Below are positions 10,612 to 24,076 of a stretch of DNA of 64,000 bases, one piece after another. Under the pieces are notes generated by a model that saw nothing but the letters and a program-made list of their open reading frames with translations, did not search any database and was not told the DNA's origin. The position numbers were made by a program, and so were the translations under genes. This DNA comes from Octopus vulgaris. Its lineage: Eukaryota. Positions within the stretch are counted from its first letter, which is position 1; every line of letters starts with the position of its first letter. The DNA is taken from positions 144,274,001 through 144,338,000 of the forward strand of contig OX597818.1 in the NCBI GenBank assembly GCA_951406725.2, given 5' to 3'.

Positions 10612-13600
10612 ATCATCATCATCATCATCATCATTTAGCGTCCGTTTTCCATGCTAGCATGGGTTGGACGGTTTAACTGGAGTCTGTGAAGCCGGAAGGC
10701 TTCATCAGGCCCAGTCAGATTTGGCAGTGTTTCTACGGCTGGATGCCCTTCCTAACGCCAACCACTCCGTGAGTGTAGTGGGTGCTTTTTACGTGTCACC
10801 TGCACAGGTGCCAGACAAAGCTGGCAAATGGCCAGGAACGGATGGTGCTTTTACGTGCTACCGGCACGGGGGCCAGGCGAGGCTGGCAACGGACACGAAT
10901 GGATGGTGCTTTTACGTGCTACCGGCACGGGGGCCAGGCGAGGCTGGCAGCGGACACGAGCGGATGGTGCTTTTACGTGCCAACGGCACGGGGGCCAGGC
11001 GAGGCTGGCAACGGACACGAACGGATGGTGCTTTTACGTGCTACCAGCACGGGGGCCAGGCGAGGCTGGCAACGGACAAACGATCGGATGGTTCGCTTAA
11101 CCACAGCTGCAATTTCCACTGATGTTGATTTTGTTTGATTTTGACTGTTCTCACTGGTCTTGCCGGGTCTTCTCACGCACAGCATACTTCCATAGGTCTC
11201 GGTCTCTAGTCATTTCCTTGGTGAGACCTAAAGTTCGAAGGTCATGCTTCACTACCTCGTCCCAGGTTTTCCTGGGTCTACCTCTTCCACAGGTTCCCTC
11301 AACTGCTAGAATGTGGCACTTTTGCAGACAACTATCTTCACCCATTCTCGTCACATGCCCATACCAGCACAGACGTCTCTCTTGCACACCACAACTGATG
11401 CTTCTTAGGTTCAACTTTTCTCTCAAGGTACTTACACTCTGTCGAGTATGAATACTGACATTACACATCCATCTGGCATACTGGCTTCATTTCTTGCGAG
11501 CTTACGCATATCCTCAGCAGTCACAGCCCATGTTTCACTACCATGTAGCATGGCTGTACGTACACATGCATCATACAGTCTGCCTTTTACTCTGAGCGAG
11601 AGGCCTTTTGTCACCAGCAGAGGTAAGAGCTCTCTAAACTTTGCCCAGGCTATTCTTACTCTAGCAGTTACACTTTCAGCGCACCCACCCCCGCTACTGA
11701 CTTGGTCACCTAGGTACCGGAAGCTATCAACTACTTCTAGTTTTTCTCCCTGGAACATGTTAGACGTTGGTCTCTGCACATTTTCAGTGTTTATTGCTCC
11801 TGAGCATCTGCCACAGACAAAAACTATTTTCCTAGTTAGCCTTCCTTTGACATTGCTACACCTCTTATGTGTCCATAGTTTGCACTTGGTGCACCTTATA
11901 GAGTTTCTACCTACACCTTTTTTACAGATCGAGCAGGGCCATCTACCTGAAGGCGTTTGTGACTTGTCTACTTTCCTACTTATTAGGACTTTGGTTTTGG
12001 CTAGATTGATTCTGAGGCCCTTCGATTCTAGACCTTGCTTCCACACCTGAAACTTCTCCTCCAGTTCTGATAGTGACTCAACAATTAGAGCAAGGTCATC
12101 AGCATAGAGGAGCTCCCAGGGGCATCCTCTCTTGAATTCCTCCATTATTGCCTGGAGGACTATGATAAATAGGAGGGGACTGAGGACTGAACCTTGGTGG
12201 ACACCAACCTCTACCCGGAATTCTTCACTGTACTCGTTGCCAACCCTCACCTTACTAGCAGCGTCTCTGTACATGGCTCGCACAGCTCTAACTAACCATT
12301 CATCTATCCCTAGTTTCCTCATTGACCACCAGATAAGGGATCGGGGAACCCTGTCGAAGGCTTTCTCCATGTCAACAAAAGCCAGGTACAGGGGCTTATC
12401 TTTGGCTAGGTATTTCTCCTGCAGCTGTCTTACCAGGAATATAGCATCAGTAGTACTTCTCCCTGGCACGAACCCAAACTGCATCTCATCTAAGCTAATT
12501 CTCTCTCTAATTAGTTGGGCTATAACCCTCTCCGTAACCTTCATTACCTGATCCAGCAGCTTGATACCCCTGTAGTTATTTGTATCTAGGGCGTCACCTT
12601 TACCTTTGTAGCAGCTGACTATTATGCTGCTACACCAGTCATTTGGGTATGACTCCTTCGTGTATCACCTGGTTAACTATACGGGTGAGTAGGCTATAGC
12701 GGACACTACCAGATATTTTGAGCATCTCTGCAGTAATACCTGATGGGCCTGGGGCTTTCCCTGTTTTCATGCCTGTAATTGCCTTAACTACTAAGGAACT
12801 GTCAACTCGGATTGCTGGTCCCTCTGTTGGGTCGACATTCGGCAGACTCTCTTTATCCCATTCATTTTCCTCATTCAGCAACCTTTCATAGTGGCGTCTC
12901 CAAACCTCTCTCTTTGCATCCTCATTTAGCGCAAGTGAACCATCATCCTCGCGAACACATTTCTCTCCTACTACGTCACGATTCTCTCTCACACACTGTC
13001 TTGCAACACGAAATACCTCAAGTCTTTCATCCTCCCGGCGCAGGACATTGGCAAATTTTTTCTTATCTGCTTCCCCTCTGGCTAAATACACCTGCCTCCT
13101 AGCTTCCCTTATGGCAGTCTGATACACTTCCCTGCTACCACCATTCTTCCAGTCCTTCCAAGCCTGTTTCTTTTGTCTAATAGCCCTGTCAACAATATTG
13201 TTCCACCACTACGTTATTTGGGGTCTTGAGGGGACTTTGCACCAGCCACAGATCTGGTCAGTGGCTTTCAGCAGGTTGTCCCTTAGAAGCGTCCAGTTGT
13301 CTTCTACCCCATGTGTAGCTATACCCCCTTCTATTTCGTCAAAGGCATCAAGTAACATCTCTCTAAATCTCTGTCCATTCGCAGGATCTTTAAGCTTCCA
13401 GATCCTTCTTCTCCATGTTGGTCGTCTTCTGGTTGTCCTCCTAGTCCTGATCCTAAAGTCACTAACTACCAGTCTATGTTGTGGGGTGCATTCTTCGCCT
13501 GGGAAGGTTTGGGCATTTATAAGCAGCCATCTTTCCCTTTTTCTGGCAAGGATGTAGTCAATTTGGCTAATATGCTGGCCCGAACGGTAGCTGACCAGGT

Positions 13601-14680
13601 GGCTTGTCGGTTTCCTGAAGTTAGTGTTGCAAACCATAAGACTATTCGCATCGCAGAACTCCAGCAGCCTGGTTCCCTCCTCGTTGCGGGAACCATAACC
13701 GTAGCCTCCATGCACACCATGGAAGCCTCCAGCACATCGTCCAACATGCCCATTGAAGTCACCAGCCACAAAGAGAAGGTTCCTGTCGTTCGTCAATGAT
13801 GTGGTCTGCAGTAGGGTGTCATAGAAACAGTCTTTCTGTCCATCAGGTAGCCCTGGCTGGGGGGCATAGGCCAATATAATAGTTGCTAAACTATGATGGA
13901 GCACTAATCTAATCTTAATTATTCTGTCACATACTCTGACTACCTCGATTACCTTATCTACCCATTTTTCGGCGATAAGCATGCCCACACCCCCGACCCT
14001 GTCAGTATTCCTAGCCCAGAAAATCTTGTACCTCTGTCCTTTGCCTGTGAGGAACCTAGCAGAACCTCCTCTCCACCTCACTTCTTGAATGCAGCATATA
14101 TCAACACACCTCCGTTCAAGTAATTCAACGATCTCGCCAGATCTGCCTTTCAGTGTGCCAACGTTGAGGGTGCCAACCCTGAGGGTGTGGGTGGGGGTGG
14201 TATTGGCCCTAGTAGCGTCATGGACCTGAAAAGAAAACTCGCGTTTGGCAGGATTCATAGACAAACAACAGAACTCGAGTTCAAACCGCGTACACAACAC
14301 TAAACATATCTTGCAATGAATGACCACTACTTTTTATGGAAGGAGGTGGGGGTGGCGTAAGACTTGAAGTGTATTTTGCAATGAATGACCACTACCTTTT
14401 ATGGTAGGAGGTGAGGGTGGCGTAAGACTTTGAAGTGTACAAGGGAGACAAGGATGAGAAAATTTAGGACTTCCTGTACCGGTGGAGGGGGTGGGAGGGC
14501 GGGTGCACCGCGAAAACCGGCAGCCATTCCTTTCTTAGGAGAGAAATAATTATTAGTAGGTATGAAATACCTAAATTTGAGAGAGAGGTATTTTGCCTAA
14601 TCTATGGGAGAAGCGTGAGCGATAAAGAGCTATAAATTATGAATACATTTATTCTATATCTACGAGGCGTGAGGCTGATC
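10612..14680 (-). mobile_element. RTE-clade LINE copy 2, near full length, three disabling lesions
   Basis: ~420-bp 5' UTR; ATG 14258; APE-RT ORF to TGA 11151. Lesions: nonsense 13209-13211, +1 frameshift ~12642, -1 frameshift ~11476. 3' UTR 59-60-bp repeats at ~10780-11090 and (ATG)n tail at 10612-10634. Both flanks are (TA)n tracts. Confidence 0.95.
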
Positions 14681-14691
14681 TATATATTTAT

Positions 14692-16452
<1,761 letters not shown>

Positions 16453-16504
16453 GTATATGTATGTATGTATGTATGTATATATATATAGTTATGTATATAT
16501 ACAT

Positions 16505-16547
<43 letters not shown>

Positions 16548-16633
16548 TAATCCAAACATGGAAACACAACAACGTGAGGACGTGGAACAAATATAGTATT
16601 ATTGGATGCTCAGGAAGGAAGGGAAGAAGGAGT

Positions 16634-16668
16634 GCTTTATGTTTCGAGCGGAGCTCTTTGTCCGAAAC
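16634..16668 (-). ncRNA. Highly degenerate hammerhead-like motif in a second Penelope-like relic (~16545-16742)
   Basis: gttt-CGGACAA-a-gagc/tcc/gctc-GAAAC-ataaagc. Could derive from CUGACGA...GAAACGU by CpG decay plus one substitution. Confidence 0.4.
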
Positions 16669-16744
16669 ATAGGAAAAGGTAAGATCCAGAGAAGGGAAGA
16701 CGGAGGGAAAAAAAAAAATCGCCAATGGTACACACGCGGTCACT

Positions 16745-16965
16745 GCCCACAGTGGCTAAACATACAGGGGTCAAACAAGAACAGACAGAGGGATTAAGTC
16801 GATTACATCGACCCCAGTGCATAACTAGTACTTATTTAGTCAACCCCAAAAGGGTGAAAGGCAAAGTTGACATCGGCAGAATTTGAACTCAGAATGTAAT
16901 GGCAGACAAAATACCGCTAAGTATTTTGCCCCGGGGTGCTAACAATTCTGCCAGCTCGCTGCCCT
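16745..16965 (-). mobile_element. Second tRNA-derived SINE family
   Basis: GAGCTGGCAGAAT...GAGTTCAAATTC...TTTGCCTTTCA...GGGGTCGATGTAATCGAC. Homologs at ~47860-48100 and ~50455-50670. Confidence 0.75.
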
Positions 16966-17021
16966 CTTTTAGAGAGCCAACAAGGTAATAACTCAACCAT
17001 TATATATATATAGATATATAT

Positions 17022-17896
17022 ATCATCATTGTCATCATTGTTTAATGTCTGCTTTCAATACTGGCATTGGTTGGACTGTTTGACTGAGTGCTCACAGGCC
17101 AGAAAGCTGCATGAGGCTCCAATCTGAACTGGCAGAGTTTCTCCATATAGATGCCCTTCCTGATGCCAACCACTCTGAGAATGTAGTCGGTGCTTTATAT
17201 GTGCCACCACCACTAGAACCAGTCAGGTGGTACTGGCATCAATTATGCTTGAATGGTGGTTTTTACGTGCCACCAGCACAGGAGCCAGTCAGGTGGCATT
17301 GACAATGACCACACTTGAATGATGTTTTTTACGTTCTACCAACACAGTAGCCAGTGAGGTGGCACTAGCATTGACCACGCTCGAATGGTACTTTTTACGT
17401 GCCACTGGCACAGGTGCCAATCAGGCAGTACTGTCATCACCCACGACAATGACTTCACTTGACTCAACAGGTCTTCGCAAACACAGTTTATTGGCCAATG
17501 ATTGAAGGGTATTCTTAAAGGGGCTGGTTACGCTGCACTGGCATAGGCCATGGTTACCTCACTTGGCTTGCCGGGTCTTCTCAAGCATAGCATATCTCCA
17601 AAGGTCTTGATCACTTGTTATCACCTCCGTGAGGCCTAACGTTCGAAGGTCGTACTTCACTACCTCATCCCAGGTCTTCCTAGGTCTACCTCTTTCGCAG
17701 GTTGCCTCTACTGCTAGGGTGTGACAGTTTTTCACGTAGCTGTCCTTATCCATAAGCAACATATGACCATACCAGCTCAGTTTTCTCTCTTGTGCACCAC
17801 ATCTGATGCTTTTTATGTCCAACTTTTCTCCCAGGGCACTTACACTTTGTCCTGTATACACACTGACATTACACATCCAGCATAGCATACTAGCTT
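17022..17896 (-). mobile_element. RTE LINE copy 4, short 5'-truncated, older
   Basis: C-terminal ORF (GRPRKTWDEVVK...EKTRQAK*), UTR repeats, degenerate tail; (TA/CA)n flanks. Confidence 0.9.
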
Positions 17897-17918
17897 ATAT
17901 ATGTGTACACACACACAA

Positions 17919-17976
<58 letters not shown>

Positions 17977-18783
17977 TTTATCCGTGAGTTAAGAGTGTAT
18001 AGTTGTTAGATCTGTTTCAGAAGACCTACGTATGGTTAAGAGCATTCTAGTCATCATAATCCAGTCTCTCTTTTTCCAATTATCTAGGACAATATTATCC
18101 AATGTATTCCCTCCACACACACACACACACGCTCCCACAGAGCAATACAGTATGTTAATGTGAATAAATAAATCCCTAATACAGATTAACCTACTGAAAA
18201 TTTGACATATTGACAATGACATCTAACACCCGGACATGATGATGACGACGACCTTCTAAACACGACTATTTCAGTTTTCATTCATTTAAAAGATACAGAA
18301 AAATTAAATCCAACATCTGGCACAAGTGTTTTATATATTTTTTTTACTCCTTCGACGTTACATAACAAAATACCTGATGGACGAGGGTCCTAGAATAGAA
18401 TAAGAAGTGAAACTAGAGTGAAACCAACACAAAGACTCGATTCACTCGTAAGTTCTACTTTTGCACTACCACGTCTCACATGCGTTTGTGTTAAACATTG
18501 AAAATAAGATAAAAGAAATTAGATTCGAAATTCAGGCAAATAATGTTGGTAACATACAGCAATCAGGAATATAAAAAAATAGAATCAAATTGTATTGGAG
18601 ACACCCAAAGTTTATTTTTCTTACATTTTTTTTTCTTTCAACTTACCGAAATTTTCAATTTGTAAATATAACAAAAATGACCCCTTCTATTTTTAAGAGA
18701 TTGCAGTTTTAGAAATGAATAGATAAATTAGACATTTACAATTCATTTTTTAAAGTTTCGCAACATAGATTTGGTATACTTAC

Positions 18784-19523
18784 TTAGCTCCGGATTCTTC
18801 GAAAAGCTTCGCCCATTCAGCAGGATTGAAAAACTCAGCCTTAAACATTGGTGCAAAATCGGTGTATCGGAAATCGTGTGCATAATTATTAGCCATATAC
18901 CTTCGGACACTTCTGAAGTTAGCAATGTTGTGAGTCGAATCGTGACCATTTTCAGCAAGGTAGTACCAGAACCACTCGGCAAGTCCACCCTGGCCGACCT
19001 CGACGAAACTAGGCACAGAATAGACTCCCCAATGAATGAATATTCCAATTTTCGCATCATCGTACCATTTAGGAAGAGGACGAGAATCTAAAGAGTCCCA
19101 ATCAGCGTTATAAATTTTACCAGGGTGAGATTTAGCCTTTCCACTCACCTGAAAACCAGGTCTTTGTACCCTGTTTTCTAAATCATGTGGCGAGTGTTTC
19201 TTTTGCAGCATACGGTCTAATAATTTAGATTTAGTATCTATTGTATCCGCGTTTCCAGCTCGTCCAGTTTCCGAAGACTGAAGTGGAATGTGTACCGTTT
19301 CACCCGGGTAGTTTTCGTTGTTCTGTTTCGGTTGCGTCTTCTGAACCATCACGTTGGTTTCGATGTTACGAAGGACGGGTTCGTGCATAAATCCTTCTTT
19401 GCGAACATTATTTGATGACCCCAGCATACAAGGGTAGAATATAAAGATTTCAGAAATGATGAACAGAGACTGAAATAGGATAAAACCTGTCCGGGATATG
19501 AGAAAGGCTTTTAACCGAGGCAT
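18784..19523 (-). CDS. FUCA: Alpha-L-fucosidase (GH29), first coding exon; remaining exons not found in window
   Basis: WDSLDSRPLPKWYDDAKIGIFIHWGVYSVPSF, EWFW, YTDFAPMFKAEFFNPAEWAKLFEESGAK; phase-2 donor AA|GTAAGT at 18784/18783. Confidence 0.93.
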
Positions 19524-20219
19524 CTTCTTTTTTTTCTTTCTCCTTTAATGGGTGACGGCGGTGTCTTTGATGTTTGTTTATTTAATCATAAAAGAGAGGA
19601 GAAAGTGAAACAAGGTAAAGGGAGATAATTAAGCTTACCTGTAGACTCTGGCTTTAATTTAAGACGAGGAATCGTCACAACGACTCACCTTAAGTAACAA
19701 TAACTGACTCCGTGGAAACGGTACACATTTCATTGCCATACGTAATAATATCCAGTTATTATATCGAAGTTTCGGGAATAATTACAAGAATTTTACTCTT
19801 TCTTTCATAAGCATGATTAGCTGGAATGTCAAGTATGCTGCAAGAATTATTTTAGACTTGGTAGCGCCAAATCGAAATGCTACGCCTTCAGTTATTTTAT
19901 ACTACCTGGGTCTATTAAAATAAATGCAACATGTATATAAGAGTCAGTGGAATTAACTATACCGCTCCTCCTCTCCAAATTGATGGATTCTATCAATACA
20001 TGACAAATTTTCTTTATAATAATACCGTTCCTGTAATAACGTATGAAGTAGTCGTTATTTGTTTTCAAATCTAATAATGCATACGTAGTCTCAACTTTCT
20101 TTTTGGTTAGTCTAATCAATATTTGAAGAGTTACCTACTTTCTTCGAGTGCCAAATTTTCTGGGGATTAAGTTGCATTGACAGTAGCGAATATTGGTACC
20201 TTTGGTAGTAAAAATGTGT

Positions 20220-20640
20220 TCTGCATTTCCATTGCTGTTAGAATCGGAATAATGTATGTGAAAGAATGAGATGTCTGTGTGCAAACCCCTCAATTCCGAA
20301 TGTCTTCGTAGATTGTCATGTCGACAGTGGGCGGGTCGTTTCGCTTACTACATACACGGAGCGAAATCGAACAAGCTCTAGCTAGAGATAATATTCATTC
20401 GATTATTGAGCCAATGAGATTTTTCAGGGATGAAAGAGACCCAACGGGCTTCTTTTTTATCCTTGTGACACGACTGTTAGTGATTCTTTTGCTCCGTTTC
20501 ACATCCCAAATGCTGCAAGCGTGGTGGGAGCCACTGCTACTAAGCCAAACAGAATTGGAGACATTCGAAATGTTCGTTAAAATCGGGCCGCTGACAGAGT
20601 GAGGTTTTACATAATCGCTATGTGACGCTCATATATGAAC
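20220..20640. promoter_or_regulatory. CpG-enriched putative promoter region upstream of FUCA
   Basis: CpG content visibly above background and no transposon relics; GC-box GGGCGGG ~20329 and AGCCAATGAG ~20409. Confidence 0.3.
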
Positions 20641-21348
20641 TTGGCTGTTCCAGTGCCTCTCACTTCTTAATACACGATATTACAGTATTTGGGATTAAAT
20701 CTTTTGATGAGAACATGCGACTGTGTTTTCTTCTTTTTCTTCGTTATTACCGCTCCCTTTCTTAGATTTGTTACATGAATTATATAGGGTGGGGGTTCAA
20801 AATGAGGTGTTCTTACTGCATTTTTGATTTGGGGGTAAAATTCATTTTTTACAAATGTTTACTACCTTACAAAAACTATATCAGCTAAGCAAATGGCCTT
20901 CCCTATATGCATTATAACATAATTGGATCCCTATTTCAGAAAATTATTGCGGTTCTCTTTGAGTATATAAAAGATAAATTTGGCTGGGACAAAATGAGTT
21001 TGCCAAGATAAGGTAAATTTGCCACTTCACTTCTCCAGAATACAGACTCATACACATTAATATCCATCAGAAAGATGAGAAATGCGAGAAAAAAAAAGGG
21101 TAAATGAAAGAGGGTCAGGGAAAAATGACACGTGATATGGAATTAAGTAAACTCGACTAAATAATAAAAAAACTAAACATAAAATATTATCTCTAGCTGC
21201 CTGACGATTTGTTGGAATGTCCTCTTCATGATATATTTACTCACCATGCAGTGAAATAAGACATAACTCATCCCCCCCCCGCGCCCTCCTTTCTGTGAAA
21301 CTTGGAAAATTGACTTGGAATCTAACAGAGAAAAGAATGTTGATTGTT

Positions 21349-21740
21349 CACCTTCACCTTGACCGACCAGTCCGCAAGGCGTCCATTTGACACTGCTGGT
21401 CACAGCATGCTGTCCACTCCTCTCTGGATCGCGCCTTTCTCATCCACGTGATCCCAATCGTCCTCCTGAAATCGTAACTCCACCGTCGTAAAGGCCTTCC
21501 GGGTGGTCGTTTCTGCTTGCGTGGGTAACACTCGACAACTGTGCGGGTCCACTGATTATCGGTGAGCCGGGTGACGTGTCCAGCCCATCTAAACTTGCTG
21601 CGTGTATACTCTGCGATGACATCTCTCACGCAGAGACTGGTAACAGCTCAAAGAGCCATGGAAAGGTCAATGCTTGGTATCTTGTTGAGAGAGCACATCA
21701 GTAGCAAGATCATCAGAAAGAAATCTGGCGTGAGGGATGT
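21349..21740 (-). mobile_element. Second RTE family, 5'-truncated with inverted 5' segment; 12-bp TSD
   Basis: 3' part on minus (RDVIAEY...RWAGHV...PPGRP), upstream part on plus (QRLVTAQRAMERSMLG...GVRDV). TSD ATGTTGATTGTT at 21337-21348 and 21737-21748; (GAAGGT)n-like tail. Confidence 0.85.
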
Positions 21741-22018
21741 TGATTGTTAAACACCAAAAACTATCCAGATACTGGTTATAGCTTCATAGTCTCCATTGTA
21801 GCTGTCCATGTCATACAGCTTTTACAAGCTTTGAGCAGCATTCATGGCATTGGCATTTTGATATCCAGTGTAAATCCTCATGATACATGTAAGTCTTCCA
21901 GTATTCAGATGTCTTTCAGTCCTTCATGTCAGCTAACTTTTTCTCAATTACGTGAATCTTTATGTTCTGTAACATCATTGAGCTATTCCTGAAAAAAGGA
22001 GATGTGCAAAGCAACTTA

Positions 22019-23295
22019 TACAAGGGTTGGCTGAAAAGTTCAAGGCTGACCAAGATACTCTTAGAAAATGTGACCAAGAAAGTCTTTTTTTTTTCCAACA
22101 TAATTCCCCTTGCAGTCCACTTTCTTCTTCCAATGGTGTTGCAGTTCTTGGTTCTATTGGAGAAGAAGCTTTCATCCTGTTGGTCAAAGATGTCATCAAC
22201 AGCAGATATATCATCATCACTGTAATATTGGTTCCCAGCCAAATGTTTATTCATGCTGGGGAACAGATAACAGTTAGATGGGATCAAATCAAGAGAATAA
22301 GGGTGGGGATGATCAACCAGTCCAAAGTCAGACACACAGCAGCCATTGAAACCAAGGACTTACATGTAGTATTGTCCTGACAAAACAAGATCCCTTCTAT
22401 CAGTTTTCCTGGGCATTTGGTCCTGACAGCCTTTTGTAGCTGCCTCAGCAAGTTGGCATAGTACTCTTCATTGGTGAGGTGGCCCTTTTGAAAATAGTCA
22501 ATGAACACAATGCCTTTTGCATACCCAAAAACCTGAAATCATCACTTTCCTTGCAGATGAAACAACCATCTTTGGAGCTGGTGAGGGTGTTTCCACTGCA
22601 TGGATTGTCTCATTGTCTGTGGCTCAAACTGATGAATCCAACACTCATCCTAGTTTAGGAAATGTTCAAAGAAACCAGCTGGATCTGCCTCAAACAATAT
22701 CAGATTTTCTCGTAATATGATCGGCCTGGTGTGTTCTTGATCAGGTGTTAGAAGAGATGGCACCCACTGAGTAGAAACCTTCATCGTGCCAAGTTCATTG
22801 TGAAGAATATTCTCAACTCTCTCACAGCATATGCTAATAATATTGGCTATTTGATTTAATTAGCCACCTGTCATCTATCACAATATGGTGAATACAATCA
22901 ATACTTTCCTTGGTAGAGGCAGTTAATGTATATCCAGACCTTGGGTGATCTTCATGACTCACCCTTCCCCTCCAACATTCAGCTGCTCACTTTTGCCCCG
23001 TTGATAAAGCTGGAGCATCATTCCCTAATGTAGCAGCCATGTCAACATAAATGTTCTTGTGGGCTAAACCCTTTTTCAGCAAATATTCAACTAAATTTTG
23101 TGATGCCAAATTTTGTCGATTTTTAAGAGGAGTCACAACTAGTTACTTTGAACTAGTATTCTTTGAACAGCTTACCTAGCAAAAAACAATGCAATTATTA
23201 AAATGAAGAGTTGAAACTAATGCATGCAAGATTTCACAGCTCTAGCATCACTCCTTCATAGTTGGCCTATGAACTTTTCACCTCACCATCATGTA
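22019..23295 (-). mobile_element. Full-length degenerate mariner element (~1.28 kb)
   Basis: Imperfect TIRs sharing TGAAAAGTTCA with TA ends; relic motifs IDYFQKG, YYANLL and HPYSLDLIPSNCYLFP (YSPDLAP-like). Confidence 0.8.
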
Positions 23296-23324
23296 TAGAT
23301 GTACACACACCTTATATATATATA

Positions 23325-23945
23325 TTAAAGACAGTTATGGCCAATCCATGGGGTTACCTTGGATTTCACGTCCATAAAGCGCTTAGGTTGGCGGCGTTTC
23401 TTCAGACCATAATGGCCGTGTGGTACTTATATACATATGCGAGGATGATCCGGTTCTTGACTAAAGATTAAAGGCTTCCAATGACCCGACAGTGTTTTTT
23501 GTATCGTCTTCTGGATGTTTTGCGTTCTTGTCCCATTTTGTATTATATATATATATATATGAAATACAAAATGGGACAAGAACGTGCGTATATATATATA
23601 TGTATGTATGTATGTATGTATACGCACGCGCATACACTTATACATGTATATCCACCCAGTCAGCTGGCAGATCCATTAGAGCCTGATGTGACGTATGTAA
23701 AACGTCAGGGAAGCGCAAATTGACTGGATAGATTCCAGATCGTGATCTAAGGGAGATAATCCCTTGCACTTTACTTTTCTTCGTCTGTGCATTCAAAAAC
23801 CGGCCTCGGGACCTTTCTTCTTTCATGTTGAAAGAGAGGAAAAAGGCCACCGACCATTAGGGTCTAACGAGATGTATGTAAAGCGAAGCGCTTTATGGAC
23901 GTGAAACCCTGGGTAAACCTACGAACCGGCCATTACTATCTTTCT
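23325..23945. mobile_element. MITE-like element with ~60-bp imperfect terminal inverted repeats
   Basis: Perfect 21-bp IR TTTCACGTCCATAAAGCGCTT at 23364-23384 and 23886-23906, extending imperfectly outward into TA-rich flanks. Confidence 0.65.
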
Positions 23946-24076
23946 CTATATACTCTACTGTTCTATAACTTAGAGTGTGCTTCTCTTTCCGAGTTATGAT
24001 TTACTTACAATAAATATATATAGATAGATGAATAAATCTAACTCAAATTTTTACCTCTATTTAACCCTATCACATC

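Noticed and set aside
10664-11138. Overlapping ORFs in RTE 3' UTR repeats (also 3193-3717 and 24599-25462)
   Set aside because: Open frames arise from GC-rich tandem repeats and are not consistent between copies.
11448-12551. Antisense ORFs opposite the RT (also 1682-2101 and 25629-26339)
   Set aside because: Shadow frames of the coding strand with no recognisable protein features.
14460-14680. HDV-like ribozyme at the RTE 5' end, as known for some RTEs
   Set aside because: I could not build the nested double pseudoknot by eye; a descriptor search would be needed.
19524-19645. Short 5' UTR intron of FUCA (minus-strand CAG|GTAAGC near 19638)
   Set aside because: The donor is plausible, but the acceptor cannot be fixed without transcript data.
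20318-20602. 94-aa ORF divergent from FUCA
   Set aside because: No motif or splice evidence; better explained as CpG-rich promoter sequence.
23682-23716. CTGATG..gacgt/acgtc..GAAG hammerhead look-alike
   Set aside because: Core mismatches (CUGAUGU, no GAAA next to the helix) and no helix I or III.
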